A DNA stretch of 64,000 bases from a bacterium (lineage in GTDB: Bacteria; Zhuqueibacterota; Zhuqueibacteria; Residuimicrobiales; Krinioviventaceae), in the NCBI GenBank assembly GCA_963693055.1, contig OY843751.1, positions 5,728,001 through 5,792,000 on the forward strand, read 5' to 3'. Below, piece after piece: positions 59,401 through 64,000 of this stretch (its first letter is position 1; each line of letters starts with the position of its first letter). Below the pieces are notes generated by a model, which ran no database searches, was not told the origin of the DNA, and saw nothing but the letters and a program-made list of their open reading frames with translations. A program made the translations under genes and the position numbers.

Positions 59401-62400
59401 CATATTTAAAGCTTCTGCTGCCGGAAAATCCTGAAGAAATTTATAATAAACGGATAAAAACTCTTTTTCACTTTCTGGCGGAAGCGGCCACAATGACACC
59501 AGCATGGATGGGACTCCGGCATATCCAAACGCCCGTTCCCATGCTATGAATGGCTGACTGAATTTTCTGAATGGAATATCGTGCTCAAAACTGAGCTGAA
59601 CAAGTCCGGCATTCAAATTCATGGCATACAAATCAATAGAAGAAAAAACCGCTAGTGACGACTGTTTGATCCTGAAACCCATTCGTGAGCGTGCAGGATC
59701 AATTTCGTTCCATTCTCCCTGCACTTGCAGATAAATCACATCCGAACGACCCAAGGGCTGACCCTGCGCAGAAAAACTGTTTTGCTCCTGGCTGGTCATG
59801 GGAAGAATGACGGTATACCCTTCATCTTTTAATACCTGTGAAGACAAATCCCGTGATGCAAAAAAGATACGTTGCCCCTGAATTTTGCGCCGATCATAAG
59901 AATAATAGTAATCTGTCAAGCTGGTACTGGTAGTAATATCCATATCATCCGGATAGTTCCGGTACAACATTGCGCTCCAGGGAAGCAAGAGCAATTCATT
60001 AGGAGGTACAACTACAAGATGTTTTACAGGCGATTGCGCCTGGTCCAGTACTGCAAACAAGTTGATTCCCGACAAGTCCGGTATTTCATCAACACCCGTC
60101 TTAAACGCAGTGAATACCTGATCGGCAAATCGGTTCAACTCGTGCCGGGAAAGCTGGTAACCAATATAATTAATCTGATTTTTAGTAACCAGCCAGGTTA
60201 ACAGCTGATCTTCTAATTCTGTAAAATAGAGCAGGGCTTCACCCGGTCTGATCTTTTTTTGCAGCATTTCACACGTTACCGGATTCACACGCACAAGAGT
60301 CTCCAGTTCCGGCACTTCAAGACGTGCGTCACTGAGTAGGGTCTCATATTCCTGCTTATAAGAGTCCAGCTCTTTTCTTTTTTCTATAATATCTGCATAC
60401 GGAATATCAAACCGGTTCCTCATTTGCAGCAGGCTGATTTCCAGTTCATTAATTGTCCGTTGTAAAAACTTGGCATTGCCATAATAGATCTTGTGCCGCT
60501 CTTTACGCAAATCAATATTTTCACTGCTTACCATATCCAGATAAAGTTTTGCCCGCATTTGTTCAGACATGGCAAGCGCACCGTTAAGATCATTCTTTTC
60601 AACCATATATCGAATGACCCGCCGATAGGGTTTTTGATAGGTTGTACGCAGGGTTGCCGCATTTGCACCGGTAATTTTGGCAGGATGCGCTTGCAGTACA
60701 TCAATGGCTTCAATAAAATACTCGTAAGGATCTTTTTGAATAGAATACTTGACTTTGACATCTCGGGGCATCATGGAAAGCAGATCACCCATGTGGGTAT
60801 CTATTCTCCATAACATATCGTAATACGCGTTCCGTATTGCCATTCTTCGAGCATTTTGTAAATGCGCATAAGATTCGTCTGCATTGCCCAATTTGTAAAA
60901 CAACTTGCCCAGATCATATTCTATAGAGCATTCTTCTTCCAGCAGCTCGTATGCTTTGGCAGTTCTAAGCGCTTCTTCCAGATAGGTTTGCGCATAAGTG
61001 CCGTTTTCAAAAATAAAAAGGTTAGATTCTATATCACTTTTCAGGTCTTCCTGCTCATCAAAATGGATTAATGAAAAATCAGCAAGATAGCGATACATCT
61101 CTATCTTGATCTTTACATAACGAAATTCTTCATCCTGAATACGATCAAGGGCATCGTTAATATTTTCCGCCGCATCATTTTGATATTGCAAAAATTGATC
61201 TTTTACCTGTGTATAATCAAGCTGATCTTCCAGAATGGCAGCATTCATAGCCATTACAATTCTTGCAAGATTTGAACTGTTTAACAAAATTCCCCTAAGC
61301 AGCTTTTTATCCTTACACAGTTTCAAAGATTCGCTAAAACTGCCCCATGCATTTTCATAATCACCATTGAGAAAATACAAATAGCCTATATTGTTCAACA
61401 AGGTCGCCTGAGATGCTTTATCATCCTGTTTCTTAAACAGCACCATTTTTTTATCTAAATTGGTAATGGCTTCTTTGTAATTTTTTTCATAACTATAGCT
61501 TGAACCCAGAATGGTATAAACAAGTGCACTTTCATCCTCTGTAGTAAATCTCAAGGCCGCCATAGGCAGCATATTGTTCAAATTCACAAAAGGAACCGGC
61601 ACATGCAGACCTAATAGTCCGACTTTGACCCGTGAAGGATCTTGCTTTATCTCTTTGACCTTTCCGCTTTGCAGCAACTCGAGCGCTTGTTTGGCATAAT
61701 AAATAGCATCCTGCGGTTCTTCCAAAATCAAATAATTCAGCGCAATACTTCGATAACTCCGCATCAGGTTATCATACATGTTTTTGCGTTTATAAATATC
61801 AGCTACTTTTTGAAAATACTCGACAGCAAACTCGCTCAAACCGGTATCCTGATATAACAATGCCAAACGGCTTAAATTTAACAGTACGTGGCCTTCATCT
61901 TCCAGTTCAGTATATAGCTGAATTGCCCTAAGCAGATATTTTTCACCACCTACTACATCTTCAACTTTGTAAGAGCAATGCCCCATGCGCTCATAAATAA
62001 GAGCCTCGCGTTGTTTATCATAAAAGGTTGAATCATATTTGAGCTTGATGTGATAATATTCATATGCTTTGGCATAACCATATTCACCCAAATTATAATA
62101 ATTGTTGGCCAGGTTAAGCGCAAGGTTGGCTTCAAGATCGGGATCAACCTCTGCATCGTTTAAACCAATAGCCTTGGTCAACTCGTGAATAGCGCGTTCA
62201 TAATATCCGCGTTTGGGTTCTACTTTGGCAAAGGTCACAATATCATATACATAGTCAAATGGAGTTCGCAAGGTATTCCACAGCCTGATATAAAATGGCT
62301 TGGGTTTGGCACGTTCACGCGCTTCGGCCTGCTCCATCATTTCATAATTATAACTCAGGGTCAAATACGGCTGAACCATGGTATAGTCTAAGGCTAGCGC

Positions 62401-64000
62401 ACGGGCAATACGGTAGCTGGACTGGTTCAACATTCTTGTATCGAGCGCGTCTGGTTCGTTGTAAAGTTCTGCTTTTTCCGTGCCCTTGTATGAATAGGTC
62501 AGTCCTAAACAATAGAGGATTACCTGCTGCTCGGGATAATCTTTGACCAGTTGCTCATATTCAGTAACCGCATCATCAATTTTCCGGAGATAGTACAAGC
62601 ACTCTATATATCCACGGTGCGCATGCAAATTAGTGGTGTCCATCTCCTTGGCGCGTTGATAGCGCAACAATGCCAGACTGAACTCTTGTGCAGACTTTAA
62701 CTCATCTCCGGAATCCAACAGCGCCTTTAACAACCGATTCCAGGCTATTTCTGAAAGATCTTTACGATTGCTGTTGTAACGATTTACCAACTGCTCAAGT
62801 AATGAAAAGGCACGCAGGTTCTCGCCCATCATCAGCAAAGACTCTGCAATAGATAAATTGGCAGTAAAAACTTCCTCTACCAGATCGCCAAATAACGATT
62901 CTACCATTTCATATTCCTGAATTGCCGAGGCATAATCCCCCGCGTTAAACAGGATTTTACCAATACGAAGTTGTGCCGCTGCCGCTAGCAGTGGAAACTG
63001 AGCATATTGCCCAACAATCTCACGATACCGGCTGATCAGATCAAGCTCATTGTTGGCATCTGTTACCAGTAAATCCAGAATGCGATCACGGGCGGGAACC
63101 ATCCAGTCACGTTGTTCCGGATATTTTTGAACGACCTGCAAGTATGCCTGTATAACTTCATCCTGTGTAGCAAACCGGTTGAACACGTCTCCTATTTTCA
63201 ATTGGGCTTCCGCGCAATAAAAGTTCTGATCCGGAAACGTTTCCAATACCTGTTCATATGCCTTAAACGCCTGCGCGTCTTGTTTTATCTGGTAGAACAG
63301 ATCGCCCAGCACTATATATGCGGCAGACATGGGTTCGGCTTCCTGCTTGTATTTTTCAAGAATGGCATCCAACTCGGGTTTTAGCAGTTCCAGCCTCTTT
63401 TGCCCTGATCTTACGTCCCTGGCCTTTAACCCCAATTTTAACATTTCAGCATAGGCCGCCAGTGTTTTTCGTTCAGGAAAATTCTTTAACAAGATTTCCA
63501 GATATAAATTCGCCTGCTCAGGATAGTCGAGCAATTTAAAACAAACTGCTATTTCATACAGCGTTTGCGGAGAAACATCGGTAGCTGTTCCAAAATAGTC
63601 AATAACTCTTTTAAACGCCAGTTGACGGTCCCACAAAAGTAACCGCTGCTGCTTGGTCATAGATTGCGGGTCCCAGTCTAAAAACAACGGGCCAAGAGTC
63701 AAACGCGTCATTTCAGGAGACTGTGCATAAATGGAATCTGCCAGTTGATACTGTGCAGAAGGATTGTCAACACGCGGTATATACCCGGTTGACGGGAAAG
63801 ACCAAATATCGAGGTTGCCGCCCCGGTCAGAGGTAAAATATATCCTGTCGTTAGAGCCGGTATAAGGCTGCATTACCTGTTCACCACCGGAAGTGAGCGG
63901 CATGGCATATGATGCCATTTTCAAATTAAAAGACTCGCTCAATACCTGCAACATGGGATCACTGACAAACATTAATTCAATAGGTGATTTAAAAATCTGG
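56425..64000 (-). CDS. giant PD40/TPR repeat protein with two CHAT (caspase-like) domains; 5'-partial
   Basis: Frame open to window edge (QIFKSPIEL-MFVSD); IYFTSDRGGNLDIW PD40; TPR arrays; C-terminal CHAT FSCHG, SACETG, SLWKVDD, P.FWAAF. Confidence 0.9.
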   Translation of the reverse strand, partial: QIFKSPIELMFVSDPMLQVLSESFNLKMASYAMPLTSGGEQVMQPYTGSNDRIYFTSDRGGNLDIWSFPSTGYIPRVDNPSAQYQLADSIYAQSPEMTRLTLGPLFLDWDPQSMTKQQRLLLWDRQLAFKRVIDYFGTATDVSPQTLYEIAVCFKLLDYPEQANLYLEILLKNFPERKTLAAYAEMLKLGLKARDVRSGQKRLELLKPELDAILEKYKQEAEPMSAAYIVLGDLFYQIKQDAQAFKAYEQVLETFPDQNFYCAEAQLKIGDVFNRFATQDEVIQAYLQVVQKYPEQRDWMVPARDRILDLLVTDANNELDLISRYREIVGQYAQFPLLAAAAQLRIGKILFNAGDYASAIQEYEMVESLFGDLVEEVFTANLSIAESLLMMGENLRAFSLLEQLVNRYNSNRKDLSEIAWNRLLKALLDSGDELKSAQEFSLALLRYQRAKEMDTTNLHAHRGYIECLYYLRKIDDAVTEYEQLVKDYPEQQVILYCLGLTYSYKGTEKAELYNEPDALDTRMLNQSSYRIARALALDYTMVQPYLTLSYNYEMMEQAEARERAKPKPFYIRLWNTLRTPFDYVYDIVTFAKVEPKRGYYERAIHELTKAIGLNDAEVDPDLEANLALNLANNYYNLGEYGYAKAYEYYHIKLKYDSTFYDKQREALIYERMGHCSYKVEDVVGGEKYLLRAIQLYTELEDEGHVLLNLSRLALLYQDTGLSEFAVEYFQKVADIYKRKNMYDNLMRSYRSIALNYLILEEPQDAIYYAKQALELLQSGKVKEIKQDPSRVKVGLLGLHVPVPFVNLNNMLPMAALRFTTEDESALVYTILGSSYSYEKNYKEAITNLDKKMVLFKKQDDKASQATLLNNIGYLYFLNGDYENAWGSFSESLKLCKDKKLLRGILLNSSNLARIVMAMNAAILEDQLDYTQVKDQFLQYQNDAAENINDALDRIQDEEFRYVKIKIEMYRYLADFSLIHFDEQEDLKSDIESNLFIFENGTYAQTYLEEALRTAKAYELLEEECSIEYDLGKLFYKLGNADESYAHLQNARRMAIRNAYYDMLWRIDTHMGDLLSMMPRDVKVKYSIQKDPYEYFIEAIDVLQAHPAKITGANAATLRTTYQKPYRRVIRYMVEKNDLNGALAMSEQMRAKLYLDMVSSENIDLRKERHKIYYGNAKFLQRTINELEISLLQMRNRFDIPYADIIEKRKELDSYKQEYETLLSDARLEVPELETLVRVNPVTCEMLQKKIRPGEALLYFTELEDQLLTWLVTKNQINYIGYQLSRHELNRFADQVFTAFKTGVDEIPDLSGINLFAVLDQAQSPVKHLVVVPPNELLLLPWSAMLYRNYPDDMDITTSTSLTDYYYSYDRRKIQGQRIFFASRDLSSQVLKDEGYTVILPMTSQEQNSFSAQGQPLGRSDVIYLQVQGEWNEIDPARSRMGFRIKQSSLAVFSSIDLYAMNLNAGLVQLSFEHDIPFRKFSQPFIAWERAFGYAGVPSMLVSLWPLPPESEKEFLSVYYKFLQDFPAAEALNMTRNHYAQADSSFRFWAGYQLYGFGGMSRDEEEQYAQEGFEGQVRRGHSAYELGEWEDAIRMYESAQRMAERQNDSESIELLQQRILECAVNGGFWSKAIETQLTQIENAQATNDVAAEANGYSNLAFFYTQNKEFDKGIEAKARFTRLAEQYGLKEEEAHSLRETGLIYERGGQYKLALSLFTEALDKFRSIENREGEAQCLRDVGRVNFFYLDNYYDALVVQRQALDIFKTLGITPDFVDALHNLGNTNEKMANYKRALAYQQQALEYAVQLDDVRLQGLSRQYLANVFWKMGSYQSALEQQEQALAIFESLQDNKLLQVANATRGLIALSFGDPEKAQTFELKALELATALGDRKDEATIYKNIGMIQRAQGRDDLALSSFEQAAEIDSLINSKRGMAYDLRNIASIQIGMGVNSPSRQHLNRSLQISQDIQDWRNTTQCYLELGRLEMLDVRPDSARVFFGKSAELAENLYMPEIQWRAHKYLAETWQGVNADSVSAQYYKAIDVIESMRAMIKVEEFASGFVDDKLDVYGALIDLHLEQGQVEQAFDLVERSKSRSFLDMLGSKEIAFNTQNRDLLAKEDSLDTKLKETQTRLFYLRSKNDSLAQDEMNQLEDLVKQIEQERDSLLVRLQQSDPELSDMLSVNPLTVEQLKEKLPARVGILEFYLYKDHLYSWLLTRVGIDYRKIEIDPEQFEKDVFELRQVLDRQLSVSNWSQSLYEKLIGPWDTELYKTDHLVLVPQGSLHYLPFAVLQNKDQVYFGLSHSLSIAPSATVMAYCLDKGDSLHITNRDSMSVLAFGNPDLGSKKWDLPFASREVNSLNRYFTHVNMLLNKRATETNLYSFSEYPPIMVFSCHGEYDDANPLLSALLLSPDSTNDGKLEAEEIFSLDLNAYIVAMSACETGLGTIRGGDEVVGLSRSFIYAGTSSLLSSLWKVDDLATAVLVKRFFRYLSEGKSRADALRMAQKIVHDEINPYPSFWAAFTLTGDWR

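Noticed and set aside
2294-63539. Numerous short overlapping or antisense ORFs in the ORF track
   Set aside because: Nested within well-supported genes and lacking recognisable motifs; treated as shadow ORFs
56425-64000. Craspase (type III-E CRISPR) component
   Set aside because: No Cas7-11, csx30/31 or array in the window, and the architecture is far larger; upstream context is not visible

Overview
Gene-dense bacterial chromosomal window. Four secreted proteins end in a 'PNPFN...K-x-x-L-x-K/R' FlgD-Ig/T9SS-like C-terminal sorting domain, suggesting the FCB group (KSB1/Calditrichota-like; inference). The left ~18 kb is a plastic region: a Y1 HUH transposase inactivated at its catalytic Tyr beside a duplicated REPIN-like palindrome cluster, a DUF6807-ThuA-Gfo/Idh/MocA operon, three copies of an orphan secreted-protein leader (two truncated), tandem beta-barrel paralogs with a TonB-dependent receptor, and a frameshifted UDG-like gene. 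The middle carries nadE, a nucleotide-sugar/polysaccharide export operon, glnK-amt, tandem DUF3160 genes, an ECF sigma-photolyase pair whose 3' end is disrupted by a 62-bp duplication, GH20, DUF4921, an M2/M3 peptidase and a ClC. The right end holds a ParB-like + non-canonical spore-photoproduct-lyase-like radical SAM operon divergent from ssb, a nucleoside salvage operon, and a 5'-partial giant PD40-TPR protein with one dead and one intact CHAT protease domain. No rRNA, tRNA or CRISPR array was recognised. All family calls are from motif recognition by eye, not database searches.
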